Of a stretch of DNA of 64,000 bases, positions 9,191-17,664 are shown piece after piece. Every line of letters starts with the position of its first letter. Position 1 is the first letter of the stretch. A program made the translations under genes and the position numbers. The notes under the pieces were generated by a model. The model saw only the letters and a list, made by a program, of their open reading frames with translations, was not told the DNA's origin and made no database searches. The stretch spans positions 23,826 through 87,825 of the forward strand of contig MHEE01000013.1 of NCBI GenBank assembly GCA_001805105.1, written 5' to 3'. Source of the DNA: Nitrospirae bacterium GWF2_44_13. Lineage in GTDB: Bacteria > Nitrospirota > Thermodesulfovibrionia > Thermodesulfovibrionales > UBA1546.

Positions 9191-10084
9191 GTGAAGATTA
9201 ATTTTACAAAGATGCACGGCCTCGGCAATGACTTCATCTTAATTGACTGCATTACGCAGAAGTTAAAAGTTAAAAGTGAAGAGTTAAAAGTTCTAAGCAA
9301 AAAACTCTGCCACAGGCGGTTCGGCATAGGCTCTGACCAGTTACTCCTGCTTTATCCGTCCGGAACCGCTGATTTCAGGATGCGAATATTTAACGCTGAT
9401 GGCAGCGAGGTGGAGATGTGCGGCAACGGCATAAGATGCCTTGCTAAATATATCTGGAGCAGACGGTTATCCGGAAAGGCCCTTCTTAATATTGAAACCT
9501 TGGCAGGCCTAATAAGGCCTCAGAAAAAAGGCAAACTGGTAAGAGTTGATATGGGAGAACCGTTTTTTGAGCCTGAGAAAATACCCATAAAGATACAGGA
9601 TACACGATACGGGATACAGGATTATCGTGCATCATACATCACGAATCATGCATCACGACCAATCGTTGACTATCCCATAAGGATTGAAGACAGGGAGTTT
9701 AAATTAACCTGTGTTTCAATGGGTAATCCTCATGCTGTAATAGTTGTTGACAACGTTATGGCTTTCCCTGTAATTTATTACGGGCCCTTGCTTGAAATGC
9801 ATGAGATTTTCCCTAAAAGAACTAACGTGGAATTCATAGAGATATTAAATCCCTCGGAAATAAAAATGAGAGTGTGGGAAAGAGGCGCAGGCGAGACAAT
9901 GGCATGCGGCACAGGAGCATCTGCCGCTGCTGTCGCATCCAGCCTTAAAGGGCTTTCAAAGAAGAATGTTACAGTGCATCTCACAGGGGGAGATTTGCTT
10001 GTTGAGTGGGCAAAAGACAATCATGTTTATATGACAGGTACTGCAGAGGAAGTATTTACAGGGGAGATAAGTATTAAATTATAG
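9191..10084 (+). CDS. dapF: diaminopimelate epimerase
   Basis: ORF track, 297 aa. MHGLGNDF, NADGSEVEMCGNG and ACGTGA catalytic Cys blocks. GTG start. Confidence 0.95.
   Translation: MKINFTKMHGLGNDFILIDCITQKLKVKSEELKVLSKKLCHRRFGIGSDQLLLLYPSGTADFRMRIFNADGSEVEMCGNGIRCLAKYIWSRRLSGKALLNIETLAGLIRPQKKGKLVRVDMGEPFFEPEKIPIKIQDTRYGIQDYRASYITNHASRPIVDYPIRIEDREFKLTCVSMGNPHAVIVVDNVMAFPVIYYGPLLEMHEIFPKRTNVEFIEILNPSEIKMRVWERGAGETMACGTGASAAAVASSLKGLSKKNVTVHLTGGDLLVEWAKDNHVYMTGTAEEVFTGEISIKL
9258..9299. repeat. in-frame heptanucleotide array inside dapF (AGAAGTT AAAAGTT AAAAGTG AAGAGTT AAAAGTT CTAAGCA)
   Basis: Read directly. Encodes QKLKVKSEELKVLSKK. Confidence 0.8.
9592..9661. repeat. in-frame heptanucleotide array inside dapF (GATACAG GATACAC GATACGG GATACAG GATTATC GTGCATC ATACATC ACGAATC ATGCATC ACGACCA)
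   Basis: Read directly. Encodes IQDTRYGIQDYRASYITNHASRP, between the conserved MGEPFFEP and VSMGNPH blocks. Confidence 0.85.
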
Positions 10085-10093
10085 GGGGAAATT

Positions 10094-10372
10094 ATGGTTG
10101 AGCAAAGGCAATTTGAAAGGAAACCTTTTGACGAAACTTTTTATTGTGCCGTGACTGTCCTTGATATTGTGGACACAAAGATACTGAACCTTGTGGCAAG
10201 AGGCATTGATATCAGCGATGGCGGAATAGGCATTAAGACAGATTATCCGCTTGAACCCGGTCATGTACTGAGGCTTAATAAGCCCTTGAACCACAAAAAT
10301 GTCGGAGTTGTCAGGTGGTGCGGAAACGGAGAAATTAAGGGCATATACAGGGTCGGCGTAAAGTTTGTATAA
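10094..10372 (+). CDS. single-domain PilZ (c-di-GMP binding) protein
   Basis: ORF track, 92 aa. RQFER (RxxxR) and DISDGGIG (DxSxxG) PilZ signature motifs. Confidence 0.75.
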   Translation: MVEQRQFERKPFDETFYCAVTVLDIVDTKILNLVARGIDISDGGIGIKTDYPLEPGHVLRLNKPLNHKNVGVVRWCGNGEIKGIYRVGVKFV

Positions 10373-10391
10373 ACATAGAGAGGAGGCCAAT

Positions 10392-11264
10392 ATGTTTAAG
10401 GGTTCAACAGTTGCAATAGTCACCCCTTTTAAAAAAGGCAGGGTTGATGAAAAGGCTTTATGCAATTTAATAGAGTGGCATATAAAGCAGGGGACCAACG
10501 CCATTGTTCCGTGCGGAACTACCGGAGAATCAGCTACTCTTGATTATGGCGAACATATAAGGGTAATAGAGATAACAGTCAAGACAGTGAATAAACGCAT
10601 CCCTGTAATAGCCGGCACAGGGGCAAACGCCACAGATGAAACAATAATGATAACCAAGAAAGCGGAGAAGGCAGGAGCAGATGGAGCGCTCCTTGTTTCT
10701 CCTTACTACAACAAGCCTACTCAGGAAGGCATCTACAGGCATTACAAAGCAGTGGCAAAGGCTGTTGATATTCCGCTTGTCCTTTATAATGTGCCCGGAA
10801 GGACTGCATCAAACATCCTTCCGTCAACAGTTGCGCGCCTTGCAGAGATTAAGAACATAGCCGCCATAAAAGAGGCAACCGGAGACATGAAACAGGTAAG
10901 CGAGGTTATAAGGCTGTGCGGAGACAGGATATCGGTCGTCTCAGGCGATGATTTTACAACGCTCACACTCCTTGCGCTCGGCGGAAAAGGCGTAATCTCT
11001 GTTTCTGCTAATGTGGCTCCGAAGGATGTTTCCGACATGTGCGCTGCATGGGAAAAGGGGGACATAGCAAAAGCAAGAAAGCTTCACTATAAATTAGAGC
11101 CGCTGAATGCCTCAATGTTCATAGAGACAAACCCTATACCCGCTAAAACAGCGCTGGCAATGATGGGAAAGATAAAAGAGGAATTCAGGCTGCCCCTCTG
11201 CGAGATGTCTGATGCGAATAAAGATAAGCTTAAAAAAGCATTGAAGGATTACGGGCTGATTTAA
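10392..11264 (+). CDS. dapA: 4-hydroxy-tetrahydrodipicolinate synthase
   Basis: ORF track. GTTGES, YNKPTQEG and YNVPGRT blocks. Start moved to ATG at 10392, which has AGAGGAGG upstream. Confidence 0.95.
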   Translation: MFKGSTVAIVTPFKKGRVDEKALCNLIEWHIKQGTNAIVPCGTTGESATLDYGEHIRVIEITVKTVNKRIPVIAGTGANATDETIMITKKAEKAGADGALLVSPYYNKPTQEGIYRHYKAVAKAVDIPLVLYNVPGRTASNILPSTVARLAEIKNIAAIKEATGDMKQVSEVIRLCGDRISVVSGDDFTTLTLLALGGKGVISVSANVAPKDVSDMCAAWEKGDIAKARKLHYKLEPLNASMFIETNPIPAKTALAMMGKIKEEFRLPLCEMSDANKDKLKKALKDYGLI

Positions 11265-11295
11265 GTTATTGAATGCCTCGCCTTAAGCAACAGAA

Positions 11296-11487
11296 TCATT
11301 CTTCAAGTATAATCGCTTCTACGGGGCAGTTCTCTTCCGCTGCCTCGCAGCAGCCTGCGTAATCGCACCCGTCAGGGTCCACAATCTCTGACTTTCCTGT
11401 CACCTCATTAAGATGAAAAACCGCAGGGCATATCTCCTGACACGTCCCGCAGCCAATGCACTTATCCTCGTCAACTCTTACGTTCAT
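11296..11487 (-). CDS. small [4Fe-4S] ferredoxin
   Basis: ORF track, 66 aa. CIGCGTCQEICP plus a distal CxxxxxC..C..CP pattern. Start codon choice (11496 vs 11487) is uncertain. Confidence 0.8.
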   Translation of the reverse strand: MNVRVDEDKCIGCGTCQEICPAVFHLNEVTGKSEIVDPDGCDYAGCCEAAEENCPVEAIILEE

Positions 11488-11643
11488 GGTACACACATTT
11501 TACCACACTGGGCATATGTGCCACATTTTTAAACTGGAGATTTTAATTATATGCGCTTGCAGAGTTTGTTGCCGAACCCTTTGAGCGACATACCCTACAC
11601 CCATACAATTGCTTACTTTTTACTAAAATGATATATTAAACCC

Positions 11644-12120
11644 ATGAAAAAACTCACGCATATAGACGAAAAAGGCAGGCCTAAGATGGTTGATGTAGGC
11701 TCAAAGCCGTTAACCGAAAGGATGGCTGTTGCAATGGGCTCTGTCTATATGAAAAAAGAAACTTTTAAACTCATAAAAGCAGGCAAACTCTCAAAAGGCG
11801 ATGTTCTGAATGTTGCAAAACTTGCCGGGATTATGGCCGCAAAAAAGACATCCGAGATTATTCCTCTTTGCCATCCTCTTAATATCACATCCGTTTCCAT
11901 TGACTTCAAACTTGATGAGAAAAAAAGCAGAATAGATATAGAATCACGCGTTAAGATAACAGGACAGACAGGCGTTGAGATGGAGGCGCTTACTGCTATA
12001 TCTGCCGCTGCGCTCACAATCTATGACATGTGCAAGGCTGTGGATAAAGGGATGGTTATCTCTGATATTATGCTTATGGAAAAACGCGGCGGGAAAAGCG
12101 GGATATTCAAAAGAAAATAA
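11644..12120 (+). CDS. moaC: cyclic pyranopterin monophosphate synthase MoaC
   Basis: ORF track, 158 aa. [12 protein letters not shown] and [24 protein letters not shown] blocks. Confidence 0.95.
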   Translation: MKKLTHIDEKGRPKMVDVGSKPLTERMAVAMGSVYMKKETFKLIKAGKLSKGDVLNVAKLAGIMAAKKTSEIIPLCHPLNITSVSIDFKLDEKKSRIDIESRVKITGQTGVEMEALTAISAAALTIYDMCKAVDKGMVISDIMLMEKRGGKSGIFKRK

Positions 12121-12153
12121 CTATTTAAATCCTCTCTCTTTTCACCTATTCAC

Positions 12154-13818
12154 CTATTTACTCTCCTTTGCCTGTTTCAGCCCCTTCTGTGCCTTTACAT
12201 TTCCGGGGTCAAATTTCAATGCCTTTTCGAATTGCCCTGAGGCCCTCTTGTGCAGGCCTGCCTTAAGGTAAAGGGAGCCGAGATTTGCATAATGCTCTCC
12301 GTTTAAAGGTTCAAGTTTTATTGACTTAAGCAAAGCCTCTTCCGCTTCCTTCATTTTGTGAGGAACTTTTGAAAGCGACAGAGAGAGATAACTCCAGTAC
12401 TGCGGCTTTTCAGAATCTATATCTACTGCCTGCCTGAAAAGAGCAACAGCATCTTCAAACTTGCCCTTCTTGAATTCATCCACTCCCTTTTTGAACAGTT
12501 CCTCGCCCTCATCTTTTTCGCCTCTGCGAATCTCCGACACGATTTCTTTTTCTTCTTTTATTTCTTCTTCCTTTACCTCTTCCTCCAGCGTTCCTTCCAG
12601 AGGCACCTCTCCCCAAGACATTTCTTCTGCATGTTTCACTTCTTCAGGCATTCCCTCACCGGGCAGCTCGGGATGTGCCGCCTCTGTTTGTATTTCCTCT
12701 GCCTGTGCTTTCTCTTCCGGCATTTCATCTGCTTGTTTATTGAGAGAAGCGAAATATTCTTTTCTCTTATAGTCATCCTTCAAAACAGTATATGCCGCTG
12801 TAAGGGCGTCAAAGACTGCCGTAAGCTTATCCTTAAGCGCGGCGTCAGAGGTATTAAAATATCTGTCAGGGTGGAATTCCCGCGCAAGCCTGTAGTAATT
12901 CTTCTTGATTGCCTCCACATCAGCATCTTCGCCGGCCTCAAGGAGTTCGTTCAGTTTGAGCCTGTCAAGGTTTGAATATATCTCCTCCACCTTTTTTATC
13001 AACGTATCCTCTTCCTCGGCAAAGGGTTGGAGCAGTTCGTCCAATGATACGGTTCCGCCTGCTTCCTCTTTCTCCTCCTCCTCCCGAACAGCTTGGGACT
13101 TCTCAACTGTTTTTTCTTCAAGGATTCCGATAGACCACAAGACGTAAATAGTCTTCATCGCTTCAAATGAGTTCATCCACGAACTGTCAATAACCTCTTT
13201 GATTGTTTTTTTGCCGTCTATGATAGTGAGCATTTTCTTGTCATATGGGCTCAACTCCACATCCTGAAATAGGTTTAAAGGGTCTTTTGAAATGGTTAAC
13301 GCAATCCCTGTATCTGGCATCTCTCTCCTTATCCTGGTCCAGTTATCTATCCTTTTTACCCCTTCATGAATAAGATTGCCCATGCTCATCTTGAGGGTTA
13401 TGACCTCATCTGTCAGCACATCTCCTTCAACAAATTCACATTCGCCTTCCTCAAGCTGAAAAAGGCTGTAGATTATTTCTTTTACCTGATATTTAACTCC
13501 CCAGAAAAGGTCTTTAGGCGTCAGATACCCGAGGTCCACAAGTATTGCGCCCTGCCTTTTCTTCGTCCTTTTTAACATCTCCACGGATTTATCGTACTGC
13601 TCAACGGTAATCTTCCCAGCCTTAAGCAGCATTTCTCCGAGCCTGTCGTCTTCATACGATGAGGCTGCAAATATAACGTCACCCTTTACCAAATATGCCT
13701 TCTTAGTAAAATTAGGTGTGCTGACTGCAAGAGTTCCGGTTGCCCGCTTCCTGTGAAGATCGGTAAGTATTTTTGGAAGGCTGTATTCTCTTAGACTGCC
13801 TTTAAGTGCTGTTGCCAT
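12154..13818 (-). CDS. multidomain DUF4388(PATAN-like)/J-domain/TPR protein
   Basis: ORF track, 554 aa. N-terminal GSLREYSLPKILTDL..TGTLAV..GDVIFA (DUF4388 pattern). Central J-domain with NYYRLAREFHPDR. Acidic linker. C-terminal TPR repeats. Confidence 0.65.
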   Translation of the reverse strand: MATALKGSLREYSLPKILTDLHRKRATGTLAVSTPNFTKKAYLVKGDVIFAASSYEDDRLGEMLLKAGKITVEQYDKSVEMLKRTKKRQGAILVDLGYLTPKDLFWGVKYQVKEIIYSLFQLEEGECEFVEGDVLTDEVITLKMSMGNLIHEGVKRIDNWTRIRREMPDTGIALTISKDPLNLFQDVELSPYDKKMLTIIDGKKTIKEVIDSSWMNSFEAMKTIYVLWSIGILEEKTVEKSQAVREEEEKEEAGGTVSLDELLQPFAEEEDTLIKKVEEIYSNLDRLKLNELLEAGEDADVEAIKKNYYRLAREFHPDRYFNTSDAALKDKLTAVFDALTAAYTVLKDDYKRKEYFASLNKQADEMPEEKAQAEEIQTEAAHPELPGEGMPEEVKHAEEMSWGEVPLEGTLEEEVKEEEIKEEKEIVSEIRRGEKDEGEELFKKGVDEFKKGKFEDAVALFRQAVDIDSEKPQYWSYLSLSLSKVPHKMKEAEEALLKSIKLEPLNGEHYANLGSLYLKAGLHKRASGQFEKALKFDPGNVKAQKGLKQAKESK

Positions 13819-13834
13819 GGCTTTATCTTATCAG

Positions 13835-14347
13835 TTAGCGGTATCTTTTAACCTCAAACCTGAAGATTTTAACTTCCTCATTATCATATATGCCTGCCTT
13901 CATCTTTGCAATGCGGAGCTGCTCTTCAACGGTGTCAACACCTTCAAGGTCAGGCAAAAGCAATCCTTTCCTCTGCCCTCTGGAAACTATTACTCCGTAT
14001 TTTTTAGGATTAAGGTCTTCAATTCCCTTAACCTCTTCAGGCAGAGTCAGGACATCAACAGAATAGGCAAGCTCGCTCAGCTCTTCCTTTTGAATACAGT
14101 GGAATCTCGGGTCCTGTGTTGCGGCGCATATTGCGTTTCTTATAATCTCCCCGGCAATATTCTCGCAGGAAGGGATAAAAGTTCCTATGCAGCCTCTTAA
14201 TTCTCCGTGTTTTTTTATAGAGACAAATGCTCCTGCCTTTTGTTTCATCTCAGGCGTAAGCTCCGAGCTGCTCGGAGGCTCTATCACGCAGCGTTCATTA
14301 ACATAAGTCTCTACTGTCTGCCTTGCAAGTTGGACCAATGGATGCAT
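13835..14347 (-). CDS. amrA: AMMECR1-domain protein (AmmeMemoRadiSam system protein A)
   Basis: ORF track, 170 aa. [14 protein letters not shown] and [15 protein letters not shown] blocks are typical of AMMECR1. Confidence 0.85.
   Translation of the reverse strand: MHPLVQLARQTVETYVNERCVIEPPSSSELTPEMKQKAGAFVSIKKHGELRGCIGTFIPSCENIAGEIIRNAICAATQDPRFHCIQKEELSELAYSVDVLTLPEEVKGIEDLNPKKYGVIVSRGQRKGLLLPDLEGVDTVEEQLRIAKMKAGIYDNEEVKIFRFEVKRYR
14261..14277. repeat. 17-nt perfect palindrome CTCCGAGCTGCTCGGAG inside amrA
   Basis: Read directly. Shares the 13-mer CCGAGCTGCTCGG with the copies at 14746 and 31504. Confidence 0.85.
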
Positions 14348-14348
14348 A

Positions 14349-15332
14349 TTATTTATCTCTTGCTATTGCATAGTCGGCAAGGCTCAGCATGGCGTCCTTA
14401 TCAGGAGAGTCAGGGAATATGGAAAGCTCCTCCTTTGCCTCATCAACAAGAGCCTGCGCCCTTTTGAGCGACTCTTCCAGAACGCTGTACTGCCTGAAGA
14501 GCGCAAGAATCTGCCTGAGTCCTTCTTCCGAGGGTTTTTCTATTATCCGTTTTATTTCCTCTTTCTCATCAGCCGAGACATTTTTTAAAAGATAAATAAC
14601 AGGCAATGTGATTTTCCCTTCCTCTATGTCCTTGCCGAGTTTCTTGCCAAGCTCGCTCTCTTCTGCCATGTAATCAAGAATATCATCCGCCATCTGAAAA
14701 GCCGTGCCTGCCTTGAGCCCGAACATTGCAAGGGCAGCTTCTTCAGCTCCGAGCTGCTCGGAGCTCAGCATTGCGCCAATCCTGCATGCCGCTGATATGA
14801 GCAGGCCTGTCTTGGCAGATATTATTTTTATATATTCGTCTTCTGTAATATTGATATCAGCGGTCTTCTGAAGCTGCAATATCTCTCCTTCTGTCATGCT
14901 TGTTGTCGCTTCTGAGAGGGATTCCATAATCTGCTGATTTCTGAATGAGACAACAACCCTCAGTGCATTTGAATAGAGATAATCTCCTACGAGAATGACA
15001 ATTTGATTCCCCCATACTGAATGGGCTGTCGGCCTGCCCCTGCGTGTATTTGCAGCGTCAACAACATCATCATGAAGCAGTGACGCCATATGTATCAGCT
15101 CAATAATGCTTGCAAGCATTATATGTTCATCGCCTTTATACCCTGCAAGCCTTGCGCTTGAAAGCAGGAAAAGCGGCCTTAATCTCTTGCCGCCGCTCTC
15201 AAGCAGATACCTGCCTATCAACGGTATAAGGGGAGCTTCGCTCTGGAACAGTCTTTCAAGCTTAGCCTCAACGAGACTTAATTCCCTCTCATACGCATCA
15301 AAAACCTTTTTAATGTCTGTTGTCTTAATCAT
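14349..15332 (-). CDS. polyprenyl diphosphate synthase (IspB/HepT-like, quinone side chain)
   Basis: ORF track, 327 aa. LLHDDVVD and MADDILD aspartate-rich (DDxxD) motifs. Confidence 0.9.
   Translation of the reverse strand: MIKTTDIKKVFDAYERELSLVEAKLERLFQSEAPLIPLIGRYLLESGGKRLRPLFLLSSARLAGYKGDEHIMLASIIELIHMASLLHDDVVDAANTRRGRPTAHSVWGNQIVILVGDYLYSNALRVVVSFRNQQIMESLSEATTSMTEGEILQLQKTADINITEDEYIKIISAKTGLLISAACRIGAMLSSEQLGAEEAALAMFGLKAGTAFQMADDILDYMAEESELGKKLGKDIEEGKITLPVIYLLKNVSADEKEEIKRIIEKPSEEGLRQILALFRQYSVLEESLKRAQALVDEAKEELSIFPDSPDKDAMLSLADYAIARDK
14746..14764. repeat. 19-nt perfect palindrome GCTCCGAGCTGCTCGGAGC inside the polyprenyl synthase gene
   Basis: Read directly across the line break 14751-14764. 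Confidence 0.85.
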
Positions 15333-15343
15333 GCCTCATTATC

Positions 15344-16402
15344 TCAGAGCCTGTACCCTTCAATGTTTGCGCTTTTTTTTGACAGCTTCTTCAGGTCTTT
15401 CGGCCTGAATGCGCCTTTTTCAGTGATAATTGCCGTCACATATTTTGCAGGAGTCACATCAAATGCCATATTTCTCACTTTCACGTTGTCAGGCGCAATC
15501 CGGCATCTGCCGAATATATGTGTAACTTCCTCTGCGCCTCTTTCTTCTATCGGAATCATATCGCCTGTCGGAATTGAAAAATCAATGCTGCTGAGTGGCG
15601 CGGCGACATAGAATGGTATTTTATGCTCTTTGCATAATACAGCTACAGAATACGTCCCGATTTTATTAGCCACATCTCCGTTCCTGACAGTTCTGTCAGT
15701 GCCGACAATGGCAAGGTCTATCTCGCCTTTTTTCATAAGCGCGCCCGCAGAGTTGTCTGTTATAAGCGTCACAGGCACGCCTGCCTGCATAAGCTCCCAT
15801 GCGGTAAGCCTCGCTCCCTGAAGCACTGGCCTTGTCTCATCAGCTATGACCTGTATCTTTTTCCCCTGTTCCATTGCTACAAATATCGGCGCTGTTGCCG
15901 TGCCGTACCCGCCTGTTGCAAGACTTCCTGCATTGCAGTGAGTGAGAACTGTATCGCCGTCTTTTATAAACTGCGCGCCCCATCTTCCTATTGCCTTATT
16001 AACCTCAATATCTTCTTCATGTATCTTTTTTGCCTCTTCAATGAGAAGTTCCTTTAACCGGGTAACCGATTCGCCGCGTCTCTCTTTTAAAAGCCTTTTT
16101 ATCCTCTCAACAGCCCATTTTATATTTACCGCCGTAGGCCTTGTTGAAAGCATGACATCAAATATGGCCTCTATGCCTTTTATGAAGTCCCTGTAATTCT
16201 TTGCCGTTATATCCTGTGCGCCAAGCGCAATTCCCATTGCCGCCGCAATGCCGATTGCAGGCGCGCCTCTTATCCAGAGTTTTTTTATGCCCTCCGCAAT
16301 GATATGATAATCAGCGCACTCTATGAATTTTACTTCCACGGGAAGAATGCTTTGGTCAAGCATTATAACCTTCCCGTCTCTCCACTCTATTGCCTTTACC
16401 AT
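15344..16402 (-). CDS. mtnA: S-methyl-5-thioribose-1-phosphate isomerase (eIF-2B alpha/beta/delta family)
   Basis: ORF track. IRGAPAIG, RPTAVN and CNAG..AT..GTA blocks. Start moved to MVKAIEW (ATG at 16402), which overlaps the upstream stop as TAATG. Confidence 0.85.
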   Translation of the reverse strand: MVKAIEWRDGKVIMLDQSILPVEVKFIECADYHIIAEGIKKLWIRGAPAIGIAAAMGIALGAQDITAKNYRDFIKGIEAIFDVMLSTRPTAVNIKWAVERIKRLLKERRGESVTRLKELLIEEAKKIHEEDIEVNKAIGRWGAQFIKDGDTVLTHCNAGSLATGGYGTATAPIFVAMEQGKKIQVIADETRPVLQGARLTAWELMQAGVPVTLITDNSAGALMKKGEIDLAIVGTDRTVRNGDVANKIGTYSVAVLCKEHKIPFYVAAPLSSIDFSIPTGDMIPIEERGAEEVTHIFGRCRIAPDNVKVRNMAFDVTPAKYVTAIITEKGAFRPKDLKKLSKKSANIEGYRL

Positions 16403-17643
16403 TAAATCTTTCCTCCCGCAGGCATTATGATTGTAACCACAAAAAATACAGCGAGACAGATTATAACCACTATTGTGCCCCACGATATGTAATTATAACT
16501 CTTCGGGTTTACATATTCTCCCATTATCTTTGCGTTGTTCACCAGCGACAGCGCATATATCAGAACAAAAGGCAGTAATATGCCGTTTACAACAGACGCC
16601 AGAATCATAAGGGAAACCAGTGGTGCGCCGGGAATCAATATCACCAACGCAGAAACAACTATGAGGGCGGTGTATATCCACATAAACTGAGGCGCTTCTC
16701 TGAATGTTTTATTGATGCCTGCTTCCCACCCCATTGCCTCGCATATGTAGTATGCTGTTGCCAGCGGGACTATTATCACTCCCAGAAGCGAACCATTGGC
16801 AAGGCAGAGAGCGAATATGAAAGACGCATATTCTCCAGCTAAAGGTTTGAGCGCAATTGCAGCCTCCGATGCCTCATTTATTCTTATGCCTGACGGAAAA
16901 AGCGTGGCTGCACATGTAACTATAATGAAAAAGGCAATTATGTCCGTTATAGAGCATCCCAGTATCACATCAAGCCTGGATGCTTTATAAGCCTCTTTTC
17001 TTATCCCCTTCTCTGCAATAGATGACTGGAGGTAAAACTGCATCCACGGTGTTATTGTTGTGCCTATTATTGCTATGCTAAGTATCGCATATTCGGAATC
17101 CCACTTTATTTGAGGCACAAATGTATTTTTGAAAACAGGAATCCAATCGGGTTTTGCCATAAACCCTGAGATAACATATCCGAAATATAAAAGGCACGCA
17201 AAGAGCAGCACTCTCTCAACTGCCCTGTAACTGCCTTTTGTAACAAGGAACCAAACTGACACCGCGCCAACAGGAACCATCACGTACTTGCTTAATCCGA
17301 GGATATCCATTGACGCTGCCCATCCTGCGAAATTAGCTAGAGTTGTGCCGAAATTTGCGATTAGAAGCGCTGCCATCATATAGAATGTTGATTTTACGCC
17401 ATAGTTTTCTCTTATGAGGTCTGAAAGCCCCTTGCCTGTGACAACTCCCATCCTTGCAACCATCTCCTGTATCACGACAAGCGCAACAGTCGTGGGTATC
17501 AAGGTCCAGAGCAATGAGTATCCGAACCTTGCGCCTGCCACAGAATAAGTGGTAATCCCGCTTGCATCATTATCTATATTTGCAGTTATGATGCCGGGCC
17601 CCATTACGCTCAGGAAGAGAAGAACTTTTTTGCTAAATCTCAT
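16402..17643 (-). CDS. NRAMP-related (SLC11 family) cation transporter with non-canonical metal-binding motifs
   Basis: ORF track, 413 aa, about 11 TM segments. Aligns to MntH (GPG..FGYSLLW), but DPGN is replaced by DASG and GAxxMPH by GTTITPW. Confidence 0.8.
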   Translation of the reverse strand: MRFSKKVLLFLSVMGPGIITANIDNDASGITTYSVAGARFGYSLLWTLIPTTVALVVIQEMVARMGVVTGKGLSDLIRENYGVKSTFYMMAALLIANFGTTLANFAGWAASMDILGLSKYVMVPVGAVSVWFLVTKGSYRAVERVLLFACLLYFGYVISGFMAKPDWIPVFKNTFVPQIKWDSEYAILSIAIIGTTITPWMQFYLQSSIAEKGIRKEAYKASRLDVILGCSITDIIAFFIIVTCAATLFPSGIRINEASEAAIALKPLAGEYASFIFALCLANGSLLGVIIVPLATAYYICEAMGWEAGINKTFREAPQFMWIYTALIVVSALVILIPGAPLVSLMILASVVNGILLPFVLIYALSLVNNAKIMGEYVNPKSYNYISWGTIVVIICLAVFFVVTIIMPAGGKI

Positions 17644-17664
17644 CAGACATACCTCTTAATATTT

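Noticed and set aside
11506-11530. TGGCACATATGCCCAG (minus strand) upstream of the ferredoxin gene as a sigma-54 -24/-12 promoter.
   Set aside because: The -24 TGGCAC is present, but the -12 position reads CCCAG instead of TTGC[AT]. It does not fit the consensus.
12125-12153. TCACCTAT TCACCTAT TTAC direct repeat between moaC and the J-domain/TPR gene.
   Set aside because: Only two units, with a period of 8 rather than 7. Too short to call a repeat element.
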